A stretch of 63,328 bases of DNA, counting the filler, from Octopus bimaculoides (lineage: Eukaryota), in the NCBI RefSeq assembly GCF_001194135.2. It is 7 parts of 6 records of this genome, joined end to end, with 100 filler letters (N's around TTAATTAATTAA, not from the genome) between each part and the next. Parts side by side here need not be neighbours in the genome. Positions count along the whole stretch, not along the records: positions 44,287 to 55,886 come from NC_068981.1; positions 55,987 to 63,328 come from NC_068996.1; 5 more parts are not named here. The stretch is one strand, 5' to 3'. The notes beneath the pieces were generated by a model that had not been told where the DNA came from, did not search any database, and saw only the letters and a list, made by a program, of their open reading frames with translations. This document shows, piece after piece, positions 50,584 through 63,328 of this stretch. Numbering within the stretch: position 1 is the first letter of the stretch; the number at the start of each line of letters is the position of its first letter. Both the position numbers and the translations under genes were made by a program.

Positions 50584-51696
50584 GACGGGCTTCATTCAGT
50601 TTCTGTCATCTTAATCCTCTCACAAGCCTTTGGTCGGATCGAAGTATATGAAAGAAGACACTCGTAACACACACTAGGATTGAACTCGCAACCATGTGTT
50701 TGCGAAGTAAACTTCTTACCACTGAACGACACTTATATATATATAAACAAAATTAAAGAACCGTATTTTTAGTGTACGGCTTCTTTTTTTAAATTTATAC
50801 CACATAAACTTCAACTGACTTCCAAAATCTAAAAAGCTATTAGGCAGTATGTATATATTGTACACTCTATGACACTAAATGTTACTCTATTGCTGGTATA
50901 ATGCTCTGCTATTTCATTGTCTACATATACAAAACTAGGTGTGCATTGTATAAATTTCTCTATGCAACTCTACCCTCCATCAGACCCTATTCGTTGCTGG
51001 TGAATTATGCATTTAGCCAAACTTGTTCTATTATAGCTTCTAAACTCTGGACCAACGTGACATGCAGAGAGCTTCATTTCAAGTTAAACTGTCCTGCGGA
51101 AATCATTTACGTACTTTGTGTTCACACAATGAATACATTAAAACTCACCATTGAAATTTCATACAAACCGCACTGATCTTCTTCGTGGCTAAGAAAACGC
51201 TATCAATGTAATAGCTATTATTTTCTTAAGGAAAGTGGGAAATATAAGAAAGCATATAACTGACGAACACAGAATTCTATCTGAAGAGATTTCAAAAACA
51301 ATAACATATAAACGAAGCACTATTCATTCCATAATACAGATATACCAAAACCTATCAATTTTAAGTACAAAAGATTTCTTTGTCAGAGAACTGCATTTCA
51401 GTATTAATGAACATAAGGTGATAATTCTAATTAAAATATAACGTATCTGGGTTTTCTAAATTAATTACTTTATAATACTTATTATCTATCAAGAAGGAAC
51501 AATTAGCATATGTAAATTTTGAAGTTTAACGTAAAGTGGTACATTTAGTGCTGTTAAGAGTAGAAATGATAAGCAGAGAGTGTATAACCAACATTAACAT
51601 CGGATTTGTGACTTGTAAACCTGGTATACTTTATAGGGTATTTCTCAGAAAAGCATAGTATACACAAAACACACACACACACACACACATACATAC

Positions 51697-51746
<50 letters not shown>

Positions 51747-52572
51747 NNNNNNNNNNNNNNNNNNNNNNNNNNNNNNNNNNNNNNNNNNNNNNNNNNNNNN
51801 NNNNNNNNNNNNNNNNNNNNNNNNNNNNNNNNNNNNNNNNNNNNNNNNNNNNNNNNNNNNNNNNNNNNNNNNNNNNNNNNNNNNNNNNNNNNNNNNNNNN
51901 NNNNNNNNNNNNNNNNNNNNNNNNNNNNNNNNNNNNNNNNNNNNNNNNNNNNNNNNNNNNNNNNNNNNNNNNNATATATATATATATATATATACACAGG
52001 CGCATTCGTGGCTGTGTTGTAAGACATTTGCTTCCAAAACACGTAGTTGCAGGTTCAGTCTCTAAGCGTGGTATCTTGGGGAGGTATCTTCAATAGTATT
52101 CCCGTGCCGACCAAATCCTTTGAGTGGATGTGGTAGACAGACATTTGAAGAAGTTCGTAGTACATGTGAGTGCGCGTGCGTGTGTGTGTGTTCCTGTCTG
52201 TGCCTGTGTACGTGTGTGCGCGTGTGTGCGTATACATAAATAGATAATTACATAGCTATGAAAAAGAGTATAGATACACATACATATGTAAGAATGTTTG
52301 TGTTTCTGTGTATACATACCAATACATGTTTGTGATAATGTATGTCTTTACATATTGTGGTACATATGTACACATATAGGTGTAGAAACACGCACACATA
52401 CGCACACACAACGCGCACACACACATATACCTATAAATGCATAGTTTATATTACGTATATATTTTTTAAAATATAGAAATACGTAAGTTTATATAATATA
52501 TAGCATAACGTAGATTTAATATATAACTTATACATGTGTGCATACATACATACATATACATACATATATATG

Positions 52573-52605
<33 letters not shown>

Positions 52606-52607
52606 AT

Positions 52608-52609
52608 CT

Positions 52610-52684
<75 letters not shown>

Positions 52685-52701
52685 CACACACATATATATA
52701 T

Positions 52702-52736
<35 letters not shown>

Positions 52737-52737
52737 T
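52608..52737. repeat. (GATA)n tetranucleotide repeat
   Basis: Directly visible; (TATC)n also at ~44040-44185. Confidence 0.95.
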
Positions 52738-53117
52738 TCATATCATATAACTGTATCACGGTTCTCACAATTCTCCGAATTTATTAATTGCAATTTTCTC
52801 ATTAGTAAAACTTCCGCATTTCCCAAGAATTAAGAGGCAGATTTCTCGATGCAGACCAAATACCAAACAAATCTCCAGCAATTCCCTTGACATTTAAACC
52901 AAAAATATGACATATACCATGATATTATTATTATGTAACATTTACGAAGTTTTTCAAGGAAGAAAACTGGAAAAATATTTGAATTGCTATAAATATGCAT
53001 GATTTATTAACCGATGCCATGCATATGTAAGGACGTATGTGTGTATCTTTGTATGTGTCTTTGTATACATAGAGAAATACATACATACATACCATAACAT
53101 AGTGTATACATACATAC

Positions 53118-53153
<36 letters not shown>

Positions 53154-53912
53154 TCTTTTACCCTTTTACTTGTTTCAGTCATTTGACTGTGGCCATGCTG
53201 GAGCACCACCTTTTAGTCGAGCAAATCGACCTCACGACTTATTCTTTGTAAACCTAGTACTTATTCTATCGGGCCCTTTTGCAGACCGGCTGTTTTGTTT
53301 ATTGAGGGAAAATGCCTCAAGCTCCACGAGGCTCCACGAGGCTCCAACAGGGGGTGGTGGCGAACCCTGCTGTACTCTTTCACCACAACTGTCTCTCACT
53401 CTGTCTTCCTGTTTCTGTTTTACTCTGTGTCACGCTGAATATCCCGGAGAACTACGTTAATGGAATGCGTGTCTCTGGAGTGTTCAGACACTTGTACGTT
53501 TATTTCACGAGCAGGCTGTTCCATTGATAGGACCAACTGGAACCCGCGTCGATATCGACGTAGTGCCACTGTTTATAAATCAGTTAATTGTAGTGCGGAC
53601 GACGTATATTGTTCTGGGAATAACATTCAACGACTGTCCTCTTATATCTAAAAAATAAACTGGTCCTTTTACGTAATTGCTTGTCAATTCTTCAATCTCG
53701 AGTTTATATAATCTTCTCTCGTGGAGCTAGTCTTAAGCGATGCATCCTCTAAACTCTAATAATTTCAAGACACAATATATGTGGCACAGCATTTCATATA
53801 CCTGTAACTCTGTGTTTAATTACATGCTACAGCCACTAAGGTATTTCTTTTAGCCCTTTTTCGTTCACACACACGCATATACATACATACATACATGTAC
53901 ACATACATAAAT

Positions 53913-53962
<50 letters not shown>

Positions 53963-54296
53963 CAATAATAATCAAGGATAAAATTTATATAGGAATTTAT
54001 CAATTAGCTAGCATGTAAAAACCAATTTAGGTAAAAATTAATACAAAGTATCTAATTTTATAAATGTAATTATAAAATTATTATAAGGGCAACTACCACA
54101 TGCTAGATGAAGACGTCTATGTGATAAATAAAATAGTTTTAGAGCCATTTTGGCGTCTTCTTCTAGCAGGTGGCATTACTTGTTAATGCCCTAATTATAA
54201 TTTCATTATTATATTTATAAAATGATATATTTTGTGTTATATATATATGTATACACAGACATGTGTATGTATATATACATATATACACACTCATAC

Positions 54297-54330
<34 letters not shown>

Positions 54331-54431
54331 CGTGCATGTGTGCAAACACGCATATTCTGTATATATCTACAATCATCGACACAGACAACTATTTTCTCTC
54401 CAATTATGCTTTTAATATTGTTTCCAATTTA

Positions 54432-55066
54432 AGACGGCGCGCTGGCAGAAACGTTAGCACGCCGGGCGAAATGCTTACTTGTATTTCGACTGTCTTTATG
54501 TTCTGAGTACAGATTCTGCCGAGGTCAACTTACCCTTTCAGGGTCGAAAAATTAAGAACCAATGGCGCACTGGGACCGAGTTAATCGTCTGGTTCCCTCC
54601 CCCAAAATTTCGAGCCCTGTGTCTACAGTAGAAAAGAATATTGGCTTCGAATTTTAGCAGAAGGCCAGCAAGTTCGGGGAAGGATTTAAGTCGATTATAA
54701 CGATCTCAGTGATCAACTGACCCTTTTTTTATCGACACTAAAATGATAAAAGGCTAAGTCGACCTCGGCTAAGGTAAAGACGGACAAAATGCTAACGGTG
54801 TGCTAACGACTCTGCCAGCTCGCCTCGCTTTTTTTAAATACTTTTATCATTAGTTGCAAATCTGTGGCACAAGCCCAGAAAGTTTGAGGGAGAGAAAAAT
54901 CGATTACATATATCAATTACATAAATCGAATACATATATTACTGATCCTAGAAGGATGAAAGGCAAAGTCGAACCCGGGCAGTATGTAAACGCAAATGTG
55001 ATGACGGACGAAATCCCATTAAGCATTTTGACTGGTGTTTTAACTATTCACCCAGGTAGCCACCTT
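54432..55066. mobile_element. Cluster of three Meta-domain-like SINEs (+,-,-)
   Basis: Plus 54432-54640, minus 54640-54824, minus 54850-55066. Confidence 0.85.
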
Positions 55067-55886
55067 GTATTCATTTCATATTCGTTCCAAATTTCAAATT
55101 GTCTGAGCAAATACCGTGAATTATTCTGTATGATCCTCTATCATTACTCCTCCAATTCGCCCTAAATCTTGTATACTTTTACTATTAACATGAAAAATAT
55201 AGTTGAAGGAACATTTGTTTCATCTATACCATGCATTTACATATAAGTAAGTTTACATCATGTTCCGATTTACAGCATTTAATTAAAATTAAATTAAAGC
55301 CGCGACTACACACAGGTGAAAACCTAAGATTTAAGATTTTTGATTTAAAAATATTATTTCAGGCCACTGTAGTTATGTACTATCTTGTAAATCCCTCGTT
55401 TACTGTCCATAATGGGAGTGTATAATATCGTATACAGATGTTAACGATTGCCTCTTGTAACTAGCGAATTTAATTAATATATTTAATTGGTTTACTAACG
55501 TACCAACAGCCACACTCCTCCGAGATAAACAAAAATAATCTATAGTATGAAAATTAGATGTTGTCATCTCATCAGAAATTTACTATGTATGCATGTATAC
55601 ATTTGTGTATGTCTGTGTATGTATGTGTGTGTGTGTTTTAATGTATTATGTGTATGTATGTATATGTGCGTACCTGTCTGTGTATTCGTGTGTGTAGTAT
55701 GTTCCCGTGTATGTTTATGTTTATACGGACACATATACATAGACAGATAAATAGAGAGATATACATATGTACATATGTGTGTTGCTGAATTTACGTATAT
55801 ATTCATATGTATATGTATACATTTATGCATGCCTACACATTCACATATGTATATATATGTGTGTGTAGAGAGAGAGAGAGAGAGAG

Positions 55887-55986
55887 NNNNNNNNNNNNNN
55901 NNNNNNNNNNNNNNNNNNNNNNNNNNNNNNTTAATTAATTAANNNNNNNNNNNNNNNNNNNNNNNNNNNNNNNNNNNNNNNNNNNN
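55887..55986. other. Artificial scaffold-join spacer
   Basis: 44N + TTAATTAATTAA (55931-55942) + 44N. Confidence 0.97.
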
Positions 55987-56092
55987 GAGGAGTGAGGAAG
56001 AGGAGGAGTGAGGAAGAGGAGGAGTGAGGAAGAGGAGGAGTGAGGAAGAGGAGGAGTGAGGAAGAGGAGGAGTGAGGAAGAGGAGGAGTGAG
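55987..56092. repeat. 16-bp purine-rich minisatellite (GAGGAGTGAGGAAGAG)n
   Basis: About 6.5 tandem copies running into the join. Confidence 0.92.
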
Positions 56093-59000
56093 AGAGAAAG
56101 AGGGAACGGTGAAAGGGAGAGAAGAATAAGGAAAGGGTGGGAGAGAAAAACAGAAAGGATGAAGAACAAGAGAGGGAGAGAGATAGTAGAAGAGTGCGCA
56201 TTGTAATTATTAAGATAAAATTTACTTGGAAAAGGATGCGTGGTGTTTGATCATATAATACTATAAATAATATATAGATATATGCATATATCCATACATA
56301 TATGTACATACCTACATCTATATGTATACATATATGCATATATGGATACAGGACATCAAAAAAACGTTAAACACAATGAGAAACGAAAACAGAAAAATGA
56401 AAACAGAAAATATATATATATATATATATATATAGGTACTGTGTTATAACAGCAAGTACATGAACAATGACCACTCCTCCCATGACCACTATACTGGTCA
56501 TCTTCAATACAAAGATAGAAAATGAACAACAGAGGCACTTACTATTTGGGAGTCCGTAGATCTAGGAATTTAGGTTTCACATCCAGTGAAATATCTTTCA
56601 TCATGGTATTTGGCAGTTGAATTTTTACCTGCAAAGGTAATTATAATCAAACGATTAATTGATGCTTGTGAGTTTTGGCTTAAAAGGCAACAGCAGAGTT
56701 ATGTGTTTGTTAATTGATCAGTATTTGATATGATGCAAGCAAAATAATGCATTGTCATTATATTCCCAATGGAAAGTACCTTTTGTAGCTCAGATTGTAT
56801 TTACAATTGATGCATTTTTAAAATGCAAATATATATGATGATGATATACATAGAATACAGCTTTGAGTAAGTTTAAAAATAAAATGCATGATTCCCAACC
56901 AACCCTCATGGTTTGGGGTTCAGTACCAAAACCTTGTGAGTGTATCTGGCAGACAGAAAACTGAGAGCAGCTCATCCTAAATGTGTGTGTGTGTGTGTGT
57001 GTGTGTGTTTGTGTGCGTGTGTGTGTGTGTATTTTTCCACCTTTTCTTGACATCATACAATACTTGTAAACAACCGTCACTCTCGTATAACTGTTGTTGT
57101 TTGTTTCCAATCTTCCGTGAAAACATGTCCCTGTAACTTAGCAGTTCAGCAAAAGAGACCAACAGAATAACCATCAGGCTTAAAAAGAAAATAAGTACTG
57201 AGATCAATTATGATAGTTCAACTAAAAATTCTTCAAACTGGTACCCCAGCATGGCCACAGTTTAATGACTGAAACAAGTAAAAGATAGTAGAAAGATGTG
57301 AGATATTTTTTTTTTAAAGAAAAAAAGCTCAACTTACAACCATTCTTTCACAACTGCTGCTGCCTGGTGTTTTATTGCCCATTTGCAGGAAGATGTCTTC
57401 TGTTCTTACATTTTGGTTGTACACTATTGAATATCTGAAACAAATAGTTTAATTATTCATAGACTGACAATAATGATATTTTATAAGCATGTTGACAAAG
57501 AGTCATGAGGTATAAGTTTGTGTGATATAGGACGAGGGAATTCTGACATTTTCAACAGAGCATCTCTTTGAAGAAGTTCAAATGTTTGCTTAGTGTTACA
57601 TTCAACAAATGAGTTTCATTGATTCAGTATATTTATACATTTTCCAGATACAGCCCTGGCTGTGTGATTCAAAAGTTCACTTCCCAATCACACAGTTTCA
57701 AACTCAGTTCTGTTGCATGGCACTTTGAGTAAATGTCTTCTACTATAGCCCTTGACTGAGAGTGGATGATATGGATTTGGTAGACAGAAACTAACAAAAG
57801 CCCATTGGGTATGTATATAGACATATATACCATAATCATCGTCATCACTTTTCTATGCTTGCATGAGCAGAGGGATATACATGTGTGTGCATGTATATGT
57901 ATATGTATGCACATATGTACACATGTATACATGTACACATGTATACAGATGCATGTATGTGAGTGTGTATGTGTATGTAGTTATGTCAACTTATCATGAC
58001 ACAGTACAATAGCTGTAAAGTATCATCAGTGTCATACCAGTGGTGTCTTTCATTTCCAATCTTGCAAGAAAAACATGTCAACCCTGAGGACATTTACCTT
58101 GCTTGGAAGTGGGAGACGATTGGTGATAGTAGGGGTGTCTAGCATAGAAAATTTGCCTCAACAAATTTCATTCTGACCCATGCAAGAACAAAAAAAGTAG
58201 ATATCACATCGATTATGATGACGATGATGATGATGATGATGATGATGAGGGTGGCCCTGGTGTTGATAATGATGATGGTGATGGTGGTAGCACAGCAATG
58301 GTGATAATATGATAACGATGATGCAAATTATTGAGGCAAACAATTTAGAAACCACTCCCACCTCACCTTCCTCTCCATCAAGTTGACGTAAAGTAGGAAT
58401 AGATCTTTCATTTTCTCTCTTGAACTGTTCGCTCAGAGAGATCACCAATAATTATAGCAATAAGTGCTGAAAGCCAAAGCCACCAACTGAAACAAAGGAA
58501 ATATGTGATATGCCATTGGTTCCATGCATTATCCATACATAAAATTCACTGCATAAATTACTCGGTCACCTCAATTCTGAATAGGTACCATGAGTAAGTA
58601 CAGTTCACACCATAAAATCAACTGGAACAGTAAGTAATTTCTTATATTGGTATAAGAACACAAATACATTGGTGAGAGGTTTGCAGCAGTGGATGTTTCC
58701 AGGCTTTCTGAAACTCTAAGACCGTTTTGCCGGTGAATTTGATTAGTGTAAAAAGAAAGAGTCATGAGTTCAGTCTCTGACCTCTCTCTATGCTTAGTCT
58801 TCAAAGTCCCTGAGAGGTCTCTCTGATTTCTGGTTGATGCTTGTGCCGCAGTCTGTCATGATCCCCTTTGTCACTTAATTTCAGTCTGTGAAAATTGATG
58901 ACAAAGCCACTTTTTGAACTCAGAATACAAATAGCTAGATCAGATACCACAAGGCATCTCATCCGATATTCCAATCCAGTGACCCAGGTTGGTGCTTTAT

Positions 59001-60042
59001 TTATTGACATTGGTAGGATTTCAATTCAAAACACAGAAAACCAGCACACAAAAAAATAACACTCCAAAACTTTCAATGTGTCATTTTAAATGCCTCTGAC
59101 AATTTGCCTCCTAATGAGTTAGCTATGCCAACTGAATCAACAAAGGTTGATAATCACCACCTATTTTATTGATCCAAGGAAGCAAGAATGGCAAATTATG
59201 TTCTAGCATGGCCAAACCTCAAAACCCAGAATGATAGAATCAAATGCTGCTTTTAATTTGGTATCGACCATATCTATTACTTGACTACTGCTACACTCGA
59301 ACTTTAGTAAGAATTTTGATATCATGTAATGCTGAGTTCAATTCAAATCCTGAGTGTCACATTGATAATAAACATCAAGCTGATTTAAATGAGGTATTCC
59401 ACACAAGGTATCATGGGAAAACTGCCTGTCTGACTAAATACTGTAGTTAAATCAAGTGACACACGTAGAGGAGTGCTGTCAAAACTATGAGAATAAAAGA
59501 ACAAGCATTTTATTATTTTCAGTTTTCTATTAATCTATATAATGTGCAGGTTGAATAAATACACTTTGAAACTTCATTAATTAACAGACTGAGATCAAAC
59601 GTATTCAGGATAAAAGAGTTGAAGGCTACTCCAAAATATATGATCTACGAGAACACTGAACAAGAGCTACAAAAAATTAATAACAAAACAACAAAGTCAT
59701 CATTGAAGTTATCATCATCATCATTGTCCCCACCACCACCATCATCTTTGCAAACAACACCATGCACAAATATAAAATAGTTAAATCTATGAAAGCTGCA
59801 ATTAAATGAAGCAAAATTTCATTGACACTGCTTCTGTCAAATCAACCCAAATTAAGACAACACTAGATTTTTTTCAACAAAAGAGTGGCTCCATTTTCTG
59901 ATATAATTCTATCCGAAAAGTCAAGTATTCAAAAGCTGTAAGATATATCCAAAATACATCTTAACTAACAACATGGATAGCTTCAAAATAGGTCAGTCTG
60001 GCATTACCAAACAAAGCAGAGCAACTAGAGTAAAAATATTCA

Positions 60043-60350
60043 CATCATCATCATCATCATCATCATCATCGTTTAACGTCCGCTTTCCATGCTAGCATGG
60101 GTTGGACGATTTGACTGAGGACTGGTGAAACCAGATGGCTACACCAGGCTCCAGTCTAATTTGGCAGAGTTTCTACAGCTGGATGCCCTTCCTAACGCCA
60201 ACCACTCAGAGAGTGTAGTGGGTGCTTTTACGTGTCACCCGCACGAAGGCCAGTCAGGCGGTACTGGCAATGGTCACGCTCAAAATGGTGTATTTTATGT
60301 GCCACCCACACAAGAGCCAGTCCAGGGGCACTGGCAACGATCTCGCTCAA
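60043..60350 (-). mobile_element. RTE-tail SINE with two internal ~70-nt units
   Basis: (CAT)n cgtttaacgtccgc...ggtgcttttacgtgtcacccgcacg...ggtgtattttatgtgccacccacaca. Confidence 0.9.
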
Positions 60351-60679
60351 AAAAGACATACAAAATTTCTAANNNNNNNNNNNNNNNNNNNNNNNNNNNN
60401 NNNNNNNNNNNNNNNNNNNNNNNNNNNNNNNNNNNNNNNNNNNNNNNNNNNNNNNNNNNNNNNNNNNNNNNNNNNNNNNNNNNNNNNNNNNNNNNNNNNN
60501 NNNNNNNNNNNNNNNNNNNNNNNNNNNNNNNNNNNNNNNNNNNNNNNNNNNNNNNNNNNNNNNNNNNNNNNNNNNNNNAAAAAAAAAAAAAAATGAAGCA
60601 AAAAGACAACACAATTTATTATTAACGTATTATTAACCTCAATTTATATTATTTTTACATTAACTGGCAGTATACATCG

Positions 60680-60734
<55 letters not shown>

Positions 60735-61417
60735 TTAATGTCTATGTTCCTTGCAGGCTTGGGTCAAACAGTTCAACAGTATCATATGGATCCAAGGACT
60801 ACACCAAACTCTAATGTCTTCTTTAGCTTGGTCTCTACAGCTGGATGCCTTTTCCAATGCTAACCACTTTACATCATGTATTGCATGGTTTTTCCAAGCC
60901 ACCAATACTAGTGAGATCACCATGCAGCTGGCATATATTACCACAAGTGAAGGTGGCTTTATGCTAGAAGATGAGAGGAAAGGCCTGAGCAGAACAGATT
61001 TCTTGCTGTTGAAGACAGACATGGTTATTTGTATTTTAAAAGAAAGGGTGGAGGAGATCAGGGTGGAACTAGGAAGAGATAAAAATAGTGATGATAAGGT
61101 ACAAAATGAGTGTAAGTGAATGGGGTCAAAAGAACCAGATGTGTGGATGGGTGAAAGATGCAAGGTTGTATGGGAGATGGAGTGTATATAATAATCATCC
61201 TTGTTTAACATCCACTTTCCATGCTGGCATGACATGGAGCTGGTTAGCAGGGAGCTGTCCAGACTCCAACTGTCTGTTGTGGCATGGTTTGTAATGGCTA
61301 GATGCCTTTTCTAATGCCAACCACTTAACAGAGTTTGCTGGATGCTTTTTACATGGCATGGTTGCATTTACACAGGACTGGCACAGGTGCCTTAATGCAA
61401 AAGATAAGTTTTTAGGA

Positions 61418-61504
61418 GTGGATGTAGTGAACGGTAGATGTAGTGAACGGTGGATGTAGTGAACGGTGGATGTAGTGAACAGTGGATGTAGTGAACGGTG
61501 GATG
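61418..61504. repeat. 16-bp minisatellite (GTGGATGTAGTGAACG)n
   Basis: About 5.4 near-perfect tandem copies. Confidence 0.93.
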
Positions 61505-62835
61505 AGGGATATGGGAGGAATCTAATGACAGCATAAATAATGTGACTTTGTGGTAAGAAGTCTGCTTCCCAGCCACATCATCCTACTGCATGTCACCTAC
61601 AATAGCCTCAGGTCAACCAAAGCCTTGTGAGTGGATTTGGTAGCTGGAAACTGAAAGAAGTCTGTCAGACAGATAGATATGAGTTTGTCTTGGTGTTTAT
61701 GTTTGTCTCCCACCACTGCTTGACAGCTGGTGTTGGTTTGTTCACATCCACAAATTTAGTGGTTCAGCAAGACGTGCTGATAGAGTAAGTATCAGGCTTT
61801 GGAAACATACATAGTGAGGTCCAATGGCTGAAACACTGAAATAAGTACAAGATAAAAGATAAAAGATATATANNNNNNNNNNNNNNNNNNNNNNNNNNNN
61901 NNNNNNNNNNNNNNNNNNNNNNNNNNNNNNNNNNNNNNNNNNNNNNNNNNNNNNNNNNNNNNNNNNNNNNNNNNNNNNNNNNNNNNNNNNNNNNNNNNNN
62001 NNNNNNNNNNNNNNNNNNNNNNNNNNNNNNNNNNNNNNNNNNNNNNNNNNNNNNNNNNNNNNNNNNNNNNNNNNNNNNNNNNNNNNNNNNNNNNNNNNNN
62101 NNNNNNNNNNNNNNNNNNNNNNNNNNNNNNNNNNNNNNNNNNNNNNNNNNNNNNNNNNNNNNNNNNNNNNNNNNNNNNNNNNNNNNNNNNNNNNNNNNNN
62201 NNNNNNNNNNNNNNNNNNNNNNNNNNNNNNNNNNNNNNNNNNNNNNNNNNNNNNNNNNNNNNNNNNNNNNNNNNNNNNNNNNNNNNNNNNNNNNNNNNNN
62301 NNNNNNNNNNNNNNNNNNNNNNNNNNNNNNNNNNNNNNNNNNNNNNNNNNNNNNNNNNNNNNNNNNNNNNNNNNNNNNNNNNNNNNNNNNNNNNNNNNNN
62401 NNNNNNNNNNNNNNNNNNNNNNNNNNNNNNNNNNNNNNNNNNNNNNNNNNNNNNNNNNNNNNNNNNNNNNNNNNNNNNNNNNNNNNNNNNNNNNNNNNNN
62501 NNNNNNNNNNNNNNNNNNNNNNNNNNNNNNNNNNNNNNNNNNNNNNNNNNNNNNNNNNNNNNNNNNNNNNNNNNNNNNNNNNNNNNNNNNNNNNNNNNNN
62601 NNNNNNNNNNNNNNNNNNNNNNNNNNNNNNNNNNNNNNNNNNNNNNNNNNNNNNNNNNNNNNNNNNNNNNNNNNNNNNNNNNNNNNNNNNNNNNNNNNNN
62701 NNNNNNNNNNNNNNNNNNNNNNNNNNNNNNNNNNNNNNNNNNNNNNNNNNNNNNNNNNNNNNNNNNNNNNNNNNNNNNNNNNNNNNNNNNNNNNNNNNNN
62801 NNNNNNNNNNNNNNNNNNNNNNNNNNNNNNNNNNN

Positions 62836-62870
<35 letters not shown>

Positions 62871-63257
62871 ACTGAATACATGTACACAAGGTATGTGTTT
62901 CGCTAGTTCATGGGTAGGTTGTGCTTATAGGGGTAAGAGAATATATTCTCATCAATTTGCTTGGTGTTAAAACACCTAGAAGTCATAATCAAGTGAGATA
63001 ACTCACATCTGGAACTATTCAAGAGTGATAGATATCAATGTTTTGTCATTTTTGTGACTTGTCAATACTACATATCCAAAACAAGGACCAATACAAGCTA
63101 AATCACTGTCTTTAATTATATACAAAAGTGTGTAAGAACCAATTGCTGGTATGTCCCAACATTGCATACCACAGAAAAAATTCAAATATGAGTTAAAAGC
63201 AGCTTGACAGATATAAACAAATCAAACACACATACACAAGGTATGTGTTTAGCTAGC

Positions 63258-63293
<36 letters not shown>

Positions 63294-63328
63294 ACGCGTA
63301 TGTGTGCATATATATATATATATATATA

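Noticed and set aside
55545-55582. Hammerhead-like CTGATGA-gatg-acaa-catc on the minus strand
   Set aside because: Followed by TAAT instead of GAAA; no helix III or helix I
61418-61504. CRISPR-like array
   Set aside because: Tandem units without spacers, in a eukaryotic context
2971-62889. Long ORFs in the track made mostly of X (e.g. 27169-28503, 41824-42993, 61742-62887)
   Set aside because: They are read through N gaps and carry no information
17494-63328. Many YI-, CV-, HT- and LS-rich short ORFs
   Set aside because: Translations of (AT)n, (GT)n, (CA)n and (CT)n microsatellites

Overview
Eukaryotic, AT-rich, microsatellite-dense and SINE-dense DNA from a gapped draft assembly. The protocadherin sequence style and SINE families point to a coleoid cephalopod, probably Octopus (inference). 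The only host gene I can support is a protocadherin: signal peptide plus EC1-EC4 and the start of EC5 on one large exon (13652-15096). It is cut off by an artificial 100-bp scaffold join (44 N + TTAATTAATTAA + 44 N). Six such joins split the window into seven blocks. The rest is retroelement and transposon debris: RTE, Tx1/L1-like, CR1-like and R4/Dong LINE remnants, a Penelope-like remnant, a mariner chimera, an unclassified DNA transposon, a foldback MITE, and many SINEs of at least four types. Best leads: a type I hammerhead ribozyme motif with a palindromic helix III at 8218-8307 plus two weaker relatives; complete loss of the EC3-side Ca2+ ligands at the protocadherin EC3-EC4 linker; near-total CpG depletion of the protocadherin exon next to a CpG-intact block; a Dong element sitting in a (TAA)n tract; and a TA-flanked irritans/cecropia mariner chimera. 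No CRISPR, rRNA or genuine tRNA gene was seen. All alignments and counts were done by eye.
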